Positions 53,046-64,000 of a stretch of DNA of 64,000 bases are shown here, in pieces. Origin of the DNA: Peribolospora baueri (taxonomy: Eukaryota); the NCBI GenBank assembly GCA_029717555.1, contig JAMDHS010000078.1, forward strand, positions 1 to 64,000. The letters run 5' to 3'. How positions within the stretch are numbered: the stretch's first letter is position 1; each line of letters opens with the position of its first letter. Made by a program: the position numbers and the translations under genes. The notes under the pieces are model-generated. The model was given only the letters and a program-made list of their open reading frames with translations. It was not told where the DNA came from and made no database searches.

Positions 53046-53554
53046 ATGCAGTTCTCCACCGCCTTCGCCACCCTCGCTCTCGCTACCTCGGCCGCCCTGG
53101 TCGGCGCCGTCCCCGTCCCCGAGAACGGTGTTAACGAGCAGCAGCTCTCCAAGCGCACCAGTGGCCAGGCCACTTACTTCCAGCAGGGTGGCCAAGCCGG
53201 CGCCGTGAGTGTCTCTTTACTCTCTTACTTAGTAATGTCGATGAGGTGGATGCTGGAAACGTTCGCGCTTCATCGCTAACCCTCACTCGCCTCGCTTCTT
53301 TCTCCTCTCTCCAGTGCGGCAAGGTCAACTCGGACAGCGCGCTCATCGTAGCCGTCAACTCCGCCATGTTCGATCAGAGCAAGTGCGGCTCCACTGTCAA
53401 CATTCATGCCGCCGACGGGAAGACCGTCACGGCCACTGTCGCCGACGAGTGCCCCGGCTGCAGCGCTGGCTCGCTCGACCTCTCTCAGGGCGCATTCCAG
53501 AAGATCGCCGACCTCTCCCAGGGTGTGATCGGCATCACCTGGTCGTACGCTTAA
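53046..53554 (+). CDS. Secreted RlpA-like double-psi beta-barrel (expansin/loosenin-like) protein 1, 2 exons
   Basis: Signal peptide and KR Kex2 site, then GQATYFQQGGQAGA|CG...IVAVN...CG..V.I......ATVADECPGC..GSLDLSQGAF..IADLSQGVIGITW. Confidence 0.9.
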
Positions 53555-55023
53555 GGTGGCGTGCTGAACGCTTTAGCCCAGTCGCCCACTGGCCCGGCCT
53601 CCCATTCTCCGCCTCCGCCCGACTTTTCCGACTCCACTTCCACCTTCCGCCGCAGCGGCCACGGTCGCCCCGCGCGATCCTCTCGCTGTTGCTGGCACTT
53701 CCGACTCGACTTCGAGCCGATCTCGTTGAGCTTGATGCTCCACAGACGTCTCCGGTTGTTCCTCTTTTCCGCCTTCCTGCGCTGGACGCCATAGCGGCCT
53801 CGATAGATATAGGTCGACCGCGTCGACCGAGACCTACCGAGTTGGGGGGTTTTCCGAGTCCTTCCATCCCCATCCATTCTGTTCAAGCAACTGCCTTCGA
53901 TTCCGCACCTCCCTGTATTTGTTCCCCTTTCCTAGGTCGGTTCCGCTCGACCGAGCTTGGTATTCGTAGACGAAGCGACGCTTCGGTCGTCCCCCTTCAC
54001 CGACCCTACCACCTGTAGCCTTTAAACCCCACACATCCCTCTAACACACACACACGAATCCTCTCCTACCCCATGTATTCACCGCGCCAGAAAAGGTCGA
54101 GCCAAGCTGGCCATAAAGCAATTGTAACGGGCACCACGTTCTTTCTCATCATATATTCACACTTTGTGCCCCCTCTCTCCACCCTCGGTTGAAGCCGAGC
54201 CCGGGTGCGAAATGTAGGGTTACCACCAGGAATAAGTCCGGTGATTGCGGTTGGTCGGGGTAGGGTCAATCAACATCGGGCTTTGTATACTTTCTATTCC
54301 TTTGTAATGAGGAATTACAATCGCGAAAACAACCGCCGAGGTTATGACGCCTCGATCGGCCCTAGATTGTTCGTTAAACGTCCGCCTCGCCCTTCCTTCC
54401 TACCTCCTCACCTCTTCCCCCTCCTTCAGCCTCCGTTCCTGCCCCCGACTCGAGACTTATTAGTGTCTCCTTGCCTGGCCCCGGGCGTGATATTTCTGTC
54501 CGTTCACGTTCGACGCTCCGAATAGCGCGCTGGCCCACCGCACGAGCGACGCACCATCCTCACTGGTGTCACGCCAGGGGCGCTGGTGTCGGCCGTCATT
54601 CTTTCGTCGAACTCGTCGACAGACGTCGCCAACGGGCACGACGGACGGTCTCCGAGTCCTTCCGTGGTTGCAAGAAACGAGTAGCTGAGAATTGTTCGAA
54701 TGGGTCTCCTCGCGGGTTGCCTGCGAATTTCCCGCCCGCCCTTACCGTCGGCCGTGCAATCAACGCCAACTCTCCCCTCGTCCATTAAAAGACTGAAGGC
54801 TCGCGCGTTAACCTGCCTCTCATCCGTCCAAGCTTACGTCTTCCCTCCTCATTCCTGGCCCTCCCTTCCTCACCTTCCTTTCCCAGACGATCCTTCCTGT
54901 CGTCCGTCCAACTCGCTCACTGCTCTTCAGCACATCTGTCTTTGCCCCTCGCTTCCGGAATCCTTTTAACCCCAACGCTACCCGGCGCTCACCCCGCTTC
55001 ATACACCCTCGTTTGTCGACACC

Positions 55024-55781
55024 ATGGCCCGCTTCGACCTCGCCCTCCTCACCCTCCTCATCGGCGCTTCCGCCTCCGTCTCCTCGACTGTCCACCCCAA
55101 CTCCAAGCGCCACGCCAGCGCCGTGGCAGCCTATGAGCGCGGCGAGGCTGACTCCACGATCCAGGAGCGCGGCATCATCAACGGAAAGGCCACTTACTTT
55201 TACCAGGGGGGTCAACCCGGTGCTGTGCGTGTCATGGACTATCTGCGTTGAGCTGTTCTCAGAAGTCAGGCCCGCTCGCTGATCAGGTCTTCTGGCTCCC
55301 TTCTCCAATCCGCGCGACGCGCGACGACGAACAACAGTGCGGCAAGGTCCACCCCGACAAAATGCCTCTGGTCGCCATCAGCTCCAAGTCGTTCAACCAG
55401 GGTCTCTGCGGCAAGCAGGTCGAGATCACGTACAAGGGCAAGAAGAAGCAGGCAGTCGTCGCTGACGAGGTGAGCCCTCGGTCCGGTTCCTGGTTCGGTC
55501 TGTCGTCTGGACCGGCGTCTGCGCCCATCGTGGAGCGGTAACGTCCCAGTACTTGCGGAACGTTGCAGTCACTGACTCGCCACATCACCTTCGTCACGCC
55601 TCCCCGCCTGTCTGCCCTTCCGCTTTCGCGCTCGCTCCCTCAAAAGTGCCCTCCGTGCGAGGCGAACCACATCGACCTTTCCACCGGCGCCTTCGAGGCC
55701 CTCGCCTCGATGGTCCTCGGCGAGATCGACATCCAGTGGCAATACCTCACTAAAGAGGAGAAGACGTCTCGGACAGGATGA
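55024..55781 (+). CDS. Secreted RlpA-like double-psi beta-barrel (expansin/loosenin-like) protein 2, 3 exons
   Basis: Signal peptide and KR site, then GKATYFYQGGQPGA|CG...LVAIS...CGKQVEI...AVVADE|CPPCEANHIDLSTGAFEALA...GEIDIQW. Confidence 0.9.
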
Positions 55782-56991
55782 ACTGAGTTGAACTCGGTCC
55801 GGCGACTGGATTCCAGATCGAGTCGTCATCAACCGTTCATGCGTGTCCACCTTACCCCTTGCCCTTGCCCCACCTGCCCTTTCCTTGTCTTTCCGGGTTC
55901 CCGATCTTCTATGCTTCGCCCATTCCATCTTGTCACACGTCTATTCTTGCCCACACTTCTCTCCTCACTTCTTTTGCTCTTTCCCCACCGCAAACGCGGT
56001 GGCGGACCGGCGCCCAGGTCGTCGATGTTTTTTCCCCCGCTTCTGACCTTCTATATAGCTACGTTTGAGCTACTCCCTCTTGGATTGCTTCTGAATGGCT
56101 CTTTCTTCCCTTCTCCGTTCTCGTCGCACGGCCGCCACAGAGCCCGACTAGGGCGGGGATGAGGTCGAGTTGGACGGCGCCGTGCCGTGTGCTCCACTTA
56201 CACACCATGCGCTCCTCTCTGCCTTGAAACGCCTCGCCGGCGGATAAGGCGTAGAAGAGGGAGGCCGTTCGCTCGCTCAAGGTCCGAGGCTCGCTCTCTG
56301 GAGAGACGGGTGGATCCATCGAAAACAACAACCTGCCTCGCACGTGAAAGAAAGCTCATGGTGCGCCGGACGGCGACCGGACAAGGAACATGAGAACCGC
56401 AGCGACGAGGAAGATACTGTCGATCGACTAAGGACGTGGTACGTGTGTGTTTCTTCGTCAGAGCTAAAAGACACGTTTCCCCGGCGACTAGGGAAGCGAC
56501 AGGGCGGCAGCAGGAGGGAGAGAAGTAAACAAGTCTCTAGAAGTTGACTTAGCGGACGTGTCGCGACGCGTCTCGTGTAAATTTGCGGTCGAGCACTCTC
56601 CAACAGCCTGACCGTTCGCTCGAGTACGGGCACACTTCATCTGCTTCGACTCGCCGGACAGGTTGCCTATATCAAGCGTGTGTAAAGGCAGCGGCCAGTA
56701 CCCCGATCAAGGCTAACAGTCACCTTGAGGGCCCACAGCGCCTTACTCGTTTCTCCTTTTCTCCTGCTAGCTGACCACCAGTCCAGTCCTCGCCCTTCTT
56801 GCTGTTCGCACGTTGCTTTCTAGGTTAGAGCGCGAGGGCCGGCTCATAGCCAATCTCTCGTCGTTTTTGCCTCATCCTTTCGTCTCATCTCTACTGCTGC
56901 AGTGCCTCAACTTTCTTCGCCTTCAGGGCTCCATTTGACGATCATCTAACCCAGTATTGTCGGCAGTAGCCTGACGACTCGGGGTGCTCAA

Positions 56992-59900
56992 ATGGACGGT
57001 CCCCACGACGAGCTCTCCGACGATGACAGCTGCTACAGCGATCCCATTTCCTTGCAAGGCCTCTCCCCCGTCAGCGAGTCCAACGACGAGCCTGTCTTTT
57101 TCCCAAGGGAGACCTGGTATGACAGCCCGCTCGTCCGAACCACCGCCGTCTTTGGGACCGATTCCGACCGACGCCGGCTGGATGGTTTCGCCCTGAACAG
57201 CAGGGCCGCAGGCGATGCGAGGGCAAGGGTCAGGAGAATGGCAGGTGCCTTGGAGGAGACGCCGGTGAGTCCTTGCGAGCGATTTGTATATTTTGGTAGG
57301 CCCTTGAGTCTACCAGGATGTCTCCTGGCGACTCATGAATGTCCTGACACTGCAGGAAGGGCTGACTCTCAACCGACCATACCTTCGTACTCATCAGACC
57401 CCGTGTCTTCACCGCCCACCGACATACTTTTCCCCCGTTCGCTCCTTGCAATGCAATGCGGAAAGGGCCACCGCTGGGGTCCTGCGCGCCGACAGATCGC
57501 CCATCGCCGACGGCGGCTTGCCATCGTCCGCCTCCGACCCCTATCTTCTCCCGTCTCAGCTCCCAATGCTACGTGCTTCTCCGCCCGCACCGGTGTCTCG
57601 GACCCATCCTAGTCCCGATTCGCTGTTTCCCGCGCACCAAGACAGATATCGGCCCAAGTCGCCATCGCCCCTCAAATCCGGCACCTTCTCCCCCACTTTC
57701 GCAGACGTCGCCGCCCTCGAGGCGGCCATCGGCGTCATGGTCGACCGTTCTCCCGTCTCCAATAGACCCAGGGTATCGCAGAGTACTGCTCTCGAGGCGG
57801 ACGCACAGCAGCTACTAAGCTTCTCGTGCTACGCTGCTGAAAACAGTGGCAACCATGAGAGCTCGGTTCGAGGTCGGACGATGGACCGCAAAGCCGACTT
57901 ACAGGAGCGGACCGTTTGGTGGCTCAACCGCCATGCCGACGGTGTTGGATCCGCCAAGACGCTGGGTGCGGCTGCGGCCGCGGAGAAGAGCGGCCATGGC
58001 CGCTGGAAAGGCTCTCGTCGCCCGTGCTCGCTCCCAAGCCACGCTGCCCGCCTTGACGACCGTGGATCGAATGGGCGTGTCGACGACGTCGGCGACAACG
58101 ATACAGCCAAACGTGATGATGCCTCTGGCCATGTCTGCGACAATGGCGATGCACAGTCGGATCGCTCCGCCGGCTCCGCCGGCGCCGAGGCTGATGCTAA
58201 CGAGGGAAAAGGCGACGACAATGATAGCCCGATTCATTTGGCGGGACAACGAGATGGGCTTGGCCAGGGTAGAGTAGGCACCTTGCCCAGTGAGGGTACC
58301 AGCAGAAGGCGACATGCAGGACAGGAGAGTGCCTCTCCTCTGATACATTTTCCGGCTTTAGCAGTGCAAGACGACTCTGTCCCAGGGATGCCTGTGTTCC
58401 TTGCAGGCGCAGTCCGGGTGAGTGGAGAGCGCCGCCACGCATCGCTTCAACCGATCCTCGTCCGGAGAAGGAAGGCCGCTGTCAGTCATTTCCCTTTCAC
58501 CCCTCCTCCCCATCCTTGTCCTCGGGTTTTCCCGTCCCCATTTCCTCTTCGCTCCCTCTCTACCCGACCCCCCTTCTCTTCTCCGATCATCCCAGTCTTT
58601 CTGCTCTTTCACCCCTCTCTTTCGTCGGACTTTCATCGCGCAGGTTTTCTCTCCTCCCTTCTTTCGTTCGCTACGCTTCCCTTTTTTCTTTTCCAAACCA
58701 GCGGCGCAGGTCGTCGTCGAGTGTGGTCATCGCAGACGATCTGGACTCGTCTTGCGTCACCTTTCACCCTTCGTCATGGGTCGCTCCACGGTCTCTCCTT
58801 TTGTCCGCTTTGCGTTCCTTTTTTTTCTATCGATGGCTCTCGATGAGCAGATCGAAAACACTCCGGCTTCCGCGGACCGTTGCGGATCACAGACACTAAC
58901 ACTCTCTTTTTGTCTCTTAATCGATCCCCGTCATTATCCCCCCCGCTGCCGCTGGTCTGTTGACTGGGTCGTTTTAAACGCTCCGTCTCTACTCTCCTTC
59001 CTACCTTTCCACCATAACCAACCCTGCTGTCGACCTGACCTGTTCACCGCTGCTCGACGCACCTGTGTTCGTGCTCATCGGCTCCCTCGGTCCCATCTGG
59101 TAACGCGCTTCCGTCGGGCTCGGCTCTGTCTTTGTTCTCTCGTCAACCCCTCTTCGGTCTGCTTCCTTATCTCAACCGATCATCTCGCCTTGGACGTGCA
59201 CTTTGCCATATCTCGTCGACTCGCTTTTTGGTCTCGCAAGCAGCAGTCTGTTCTCGGCAAAGGTGCCGGTCTCTCGGCCTCCAACCTTGAACCTGCTCGT
59301 CCGTCCGCCGTCTTTATCTCCCCAAAGGCAGCTTCGGCCCCATTAACTAGCTTCTCGGAGGACAGCGACGACAAGGTGATAGTCGAAAACGTCCCCACCC
59401 CTCCCGCCCCACCCTCGCTCTACATCAAAAGCAAAGGTCAGATTGTAGGCGCTGAGCTCCTGCTGATGGCTCGCGAATCCTCCGATTGGGTGACTCAGCG
59501 CGAGAGCCTGGAGACTAGGACCACCGTCACTGCTGGTCTCGCTGAAGACACCGATACGAAGGACGATGCGAACAGTTCGAGACTGATCAAGCCGGACAGC
59601 GCGTCCGTCGCCAGCACGACTGGCGAAAGTGGTGCCCTGGGATTGGTCCACGCTACCAGGACGTTAGAAAACGACGACGATGGTGGGGCTCGCGTCGTTC
59701 GTGGCCTCCCGGACGTCAGCGCCCCTCAGCGCTCTCGGCTCAAGGTTTCGGTGGCTGATAGTCGCGACGACCATGGGAGGGCGGCTTCCGTTGCACCAAG
59801 CCCAGTGGAGATGCGGCCAATCTCTGTGTCGCGTAGGAGGTTGGGCAGTCACCGCTCTAACAGGAGCCGCTCCGTCAGCAACGGGGCGGTTCCCAAAACA

Positions 59901-61922
59901 ATTATCTCCAATTCTATTTCCGACGAGGAACTGAAGGAAGTAGAAATAGCCTACGCAAAGTTCATGGCTCTCGACAAGGCGTTCCGAACCCCTGCTAAGG
60001 AATCGTCTCTGATAAGAGACCGTCAAGGGATGCCGGATGTGAACGACGTTCAGGACAATACTCAAGAGGATAGAATCGGAAAACTCGTTGCGGGAGAGCT
60101 TAAGGTGAGGCATGTTCCCTAATGAGGACGTGACGCGGCAACGGGCTCTTTGGTGACTTCGGTTTGCTGAGCTGCAGGCTTCCTCTCTTTTGTCTTGCAG
60201 AAATTTCACGACCACGTCGCCTTGAACCGTACTGTGGAGTGCGCACGTCGGCGCTGTGCGAGTGAGCTCCATCTGTGGTCTGTCCCTCGTGAAGAAGTGG
60301 GACGTGAACATCAAGCTTCGGTCAACGACGGCGATGACTATCAGCACTCGGCTCGATCTATAAATAGTCATATCAACAGCGTATCTGTAGGCAAAACGAG
60401 CCGAGTGCGCCGTGGGAGTGGGAATGTGGGCGTCCGCAGTCTCCGAGGTAGTCTCAAACGCGACATCAGCCCGTTCTTCTCCCCTGGTGGGGGATTACCC
60501 TCGACGCTTCCCAATACGGACTTGGATGATGCTTTCGAGGATGACGATCGGCACAAAGCAGCGTCCGGAGTCCAGCATCATCCGTGCTCCACAATCGTGG
60601 CCGCGAACACGCTGGAAGTCGATGCGCCTACCCAGGACACGGAGAACTCTTTTGCAGAGACGCTGTTTGACAATGATCTTGGCCTTTGTCTAGAGACGGA
60701 CGGAATCCGGTATTCCGCCACGTCTCCTTCGCTTAGTATTTATGGTTGTCCTCCAGACGACGGTGTCAGCAACTGGGACGTTTGCGCGAGGACGCGCCTA
60801 GATCCGATTTCCCGCGTCCGCGACTGGGTCGGCCATCAAGGCTTGCCCGGCCCACGCTCGCCGCACTCGGTTGCCAAAAACGAGCGGAGAATGAGCTCGA
60901 GTGGATCGTGTATCGTCTTCCCAGAGGAGAGGGAGATCCAGCTCGAGCGGGCACAGCAACAGTCCGTCTTTGCACGCTTCCAGAGGCCGCTCGTTGGCGG
61001 GGAGGCTTCCAAATACCAGGGCCATCTCGCGGACAGAGCAACAGGTCGGAATGACCTGCACAATGTTCCTCCCGGCGCTGTTGAAGGGTGGGTCTCCGGC
61101 ATGGAGCTATCGTCCTCGGCAAGTCGTGATTTGGAAGACGGAGAACACAAACAGGAGTTATCCCCCGCCAAATCGAGGTCGGGCCAGCTCCTCGCCAGTA
61201 TGTTCTACCATCTTCCTGCCCGCTTGCTGCACATGTCGCCTCGCAAGGGAGGTTCGCACGTGTGGCACCTACCGGACGGGCGGTCTGAGCTGGTGCCGAG
61301 TCCGCTGTCGAACTTGTCCAGCCCTTTCTTCGACTCGGAGGACGATAATGAGGACGGGTACGTTTGGAGTCACCCTGGAAATGCCGACACGGGCAACTCT
61401 CGTGGACCCCTTCCTTCGTGGCGCGGTCGCGTGTCCAGTCCCATCGACAGACTATCGACGCCGGATCTCGTTGACCAGTCCCGTCTCCGACGAGGTGCAG
61501 TCCCGGACGAGGGGCCAGGGAAGCTTGTCGGGGAGCTTGTCGGGCGAGACCAAGAGACTGGTGCTCTCCCTTCCGCCTCGCCCTCCAACAAGTTGCGGAA
61601 GCGCCGTAGCAAGAGTCTGAATGCGGCTGATCAGCCTCACTCAAGTTTTGGACTCTTTGGTCTCAACTTGTTCGGGCACTACGTCCACCACCGGAACAAG
61701 GAAACGGTGCAGGTGAGGTCCGAGGAGGGTGACGCGCGCAGGGACGGGGGTCGGAGGCAGAGGTCGCGCGAGCGCCGTTTGGACCGCCATTCGGCCGCTG
61801 CCATGGCTCGTGGGTTGGCGAGCCTCGACTTACGGGTGCTTCCCGGGGACGATTGTGATGATTTGGAGTGCGGTTTGGAGGATGAAGGAGAACATGTCTG
61901 TGGCGCTGCACGGTGCCTTTAG
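56992..61922 (+). CDS. Large, mostly disordered hypothetical protein (possibly two genes)
   Basis: Long open frames 56992-, 57335-58.4 kb, about 59.24-60.1 kb and 60195-61922 can be joined with phase-0 introns. The donor near 58.78 kb is weak, so the model is tentative. No recognisable domain. Confidence 0.45.
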
Positions 61923-62397
61923 TTCTTCAGCTGGTGGTGACTGTGAAACCGAGTTGGCTCCCGAACGACTCGACGGTTCTCCGAATATGAGGACTCTCTG
62001 AGAACTCTCAGCGTGGTACCCGACTCGCAGTCCTCATTCACCATCTGGTAGCCAGACGATTTGCCATCTGCAGTAGCTGAAACGGTGATGAAAATAGACA
62101 AAGACATTGACAGGCGGAGCAAGTATCTACGTTGTATATACACAGGCACAATATGTATGGACGGGGGAACGAGCTCGACGTCGAGCGCCTAGGAATCCGC
62201 GAGGGGAAGGCGTCGGAAGGTCGGCGCGGATCTCCGGCGCGGCTCTCGGCACCGACTTCAAGCGATCGCCGGCTGATCATCATCCCCGCGTTTCGTTCGA
62301 CCTTGCTCGATCCCGCATCGCTCCGCTTGGCCCTGTTCGCAGCACCGACACGCACGTCGACGACGTTCTCGTTGACCCGGAGCAGGAGCTGGCCAGC

Positions 62398-64000
62398 ATG
62401 CGTCCCTCTGTGACTTCCTTCATCCACCCAGTCGCTCTCGCCTGCTCCAGGGCAGCACGCTCGTCGGCGCACCCGTCGGCACGTCGTCTTGTCCCACCGC
62501 CAACCGGCTACAGTCTCACCTTCCCGCGAAGCAGACAGCGAGACCACGTAGCAGCGGCAGGTCCAGGATCGAAATGGTTACTTCGACCGTACTCGACGGA
62601 AACGCCGCCCACCCGTCCAGCGGACAAGATGCCCGAGCCGAGCATTCCACCGCCGCTGGAGGGCATCCGGGTGCTCGACCTGACGAGGGTGTTGGCGGGA
62701 CCCTATGCGACTATGGTGAGCCAGGGCGAATCGAAAATGGAAGGTCTTCCGTTTCATTTCACTACCTGGAAACCTCACTTTCATCGCTCCGCTTTCAACA
62801 CAGCTCTTGGCAGACTTAGGGTAGGTGGACGGACGACGTTCTGTGAAACGTCTCGTTCCAAGTACGACTAGGTACCTGCTCACGAGGCCGCGCTCCTTTT
62901 TACCGTGCATTCCATCCTTTTCTAGCGCAGATGTGATCAAAGTCGAGAACCCGAAAGGCGGAGATGACACCAGTGAGGAGAAGGCCCTTTCTGATCCAAC
63001 CGGTCGCTTCTGACCAATGAGTTTCGGCATTCCTGATGTCCCGCTCTTCGCCCCTTCGCCCCTACAGGATCCTGGCTCCCCCCCTTCGCACCAACACTTC
63101 CCGCCTCCGATCTCTCACAACACGGCCCTCGTCCGGCTCATTGGGACAAGCTACCTCCCGAGTCAGCCTATTTTCTCAGCGTCAACCGGAACAAGCGTTC
63201 CGTCACTGTCGACCTCAAGAGTTCTGAGGGCCTCAACGTTGTCCACGAACTCGTAAAGCGTGCTGACGTGGTTGTGGAGAATTATCTGCCTGGGTGAGTC
63301 GTCTCAACCTTTGCGGGGCTCTTAGAAGATTAGAATTTTAGAAAGAAGCTTCAGTCGCTAAGGTTTTGGCACACTGCTCCCTTATCGGCATGTAGCAAAC
63401 TCGGCAAGATGGGCCTGGGATATGAAGACTGCAAAGCACTGAATCCTTCAATCATTTACGCCAGCATCACGGGTAAGGCTCCTCCTCGTCCGCTGCGTTC
63501 TCCTGTTCTCTACAATACTGAGCCGTCCACTCGGTGGTTTGCTGACAACATGTATTGGTAATATCTCTCACCAAGGCTACGGACAGACTGGGCCGTATGC
63601 TAACGCCGCTGGTTACGACGTGATGTGAGCCATCTCTTTTCCCGTCTACTCTTCATTACGGTCAGTCTACCGTCGACTGATCGTCCATGCTTATCTTGCC
63701 TCTTCTCCACTCTGCCTAGCATTGCCGCCGACGCGGGCCTCTTCCACATCACCGGCGAACCGGACCGTCCTCCCGTGAAGGTCGGCGTGGCGATGACGGA
63801 TCTGACCACCGGCCTTTACACCCAGTCGGCTATCATGGCCGCTCTATTGGGACGATCCAAGACCGGGAAAGGCGTCCATATCGACGCGAGCTTGTTCGAG
63901 AGTCAGGCGAGTGGAGTTATATATTTAACTTGTTTGAGAAGAAGAAGAGCGATTTGCCGGCGGCCTTCCTTACCGATCGTGGTAGCTTCCCCTACCGCCC
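62398..64000 (+). CDS. Mitochondrial family III CoA-transferase (CaiB/BaiF; SUGCT-like), 3'-truncated by the window
   Basis: Presequence MRPSVTSF..., [73 protein letters not shown]...GYD (catalytic Asp), [12 protein letters not shown]. Confidence 0.93.

Noticed and set aside
29413..55781. A complete glycolipid biosynthetic gene cluster
   Set aside because: No acyltransferase, acetyltransferase, MFS/ABC transporter, P450, FAS or cluster regulator was found, and housekeeping genes (MDM31, TMA16, BUD6, HSK3) intervene.
58422..59230. N-terminal part of the 566-aa ORF 58422-60122 as coding
   Set aside because: The Phe/Leu/Ser/Pro-rich translation reflects pyrimidine-rich intron-like DNA; plausible coding in this frame starts only near 59.24 kb.

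Overview
This is eukaryotic, GC-rich, intron-rich fungal DNA. It is a basidiomycete, probably Ustilaginomycotina (inference from protein similarity). I assembled about 20 spliced genes by hand from GT..AG introns and reading-frame continuity, so most short ORFs in the supplied track are exon fragments or antisense shadows. Recognisable genes, in order: DOPA 4,5-dioxygenase-like, VMA21, RHO3, a large HAM-1/DUF4449-like protein, RPT4, clathrin heavy chain, a multi-exon orphan, a secreted alpha/beta-hydrolase, a SIM+RING (STUbL-like) protein, a peroxisomal acyl-CoA synthetase, MDM31, TMA16, BUD6, HSK3, a DUF3431-like type II membrane protein, an Emt1-like GT1 glycosyltransferase, two tandem RlpA/expansin-like secreted proteins, a large disordered orphan and a family III CoA-transferase cut by the window end. 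The most notable items are the Emt1-like glycosyltransferase without the rest of a MEL cluster, a 69-bp degenerate inverted repeat between convergent genes at about 22.8-23.2 kb, a split non-canonical RING, and a protein dense in PKA consensus sites. I saw no rRNA, tRNA, CRISPR array or intact transposon. Family calls come from recalled motifs, not database searches.
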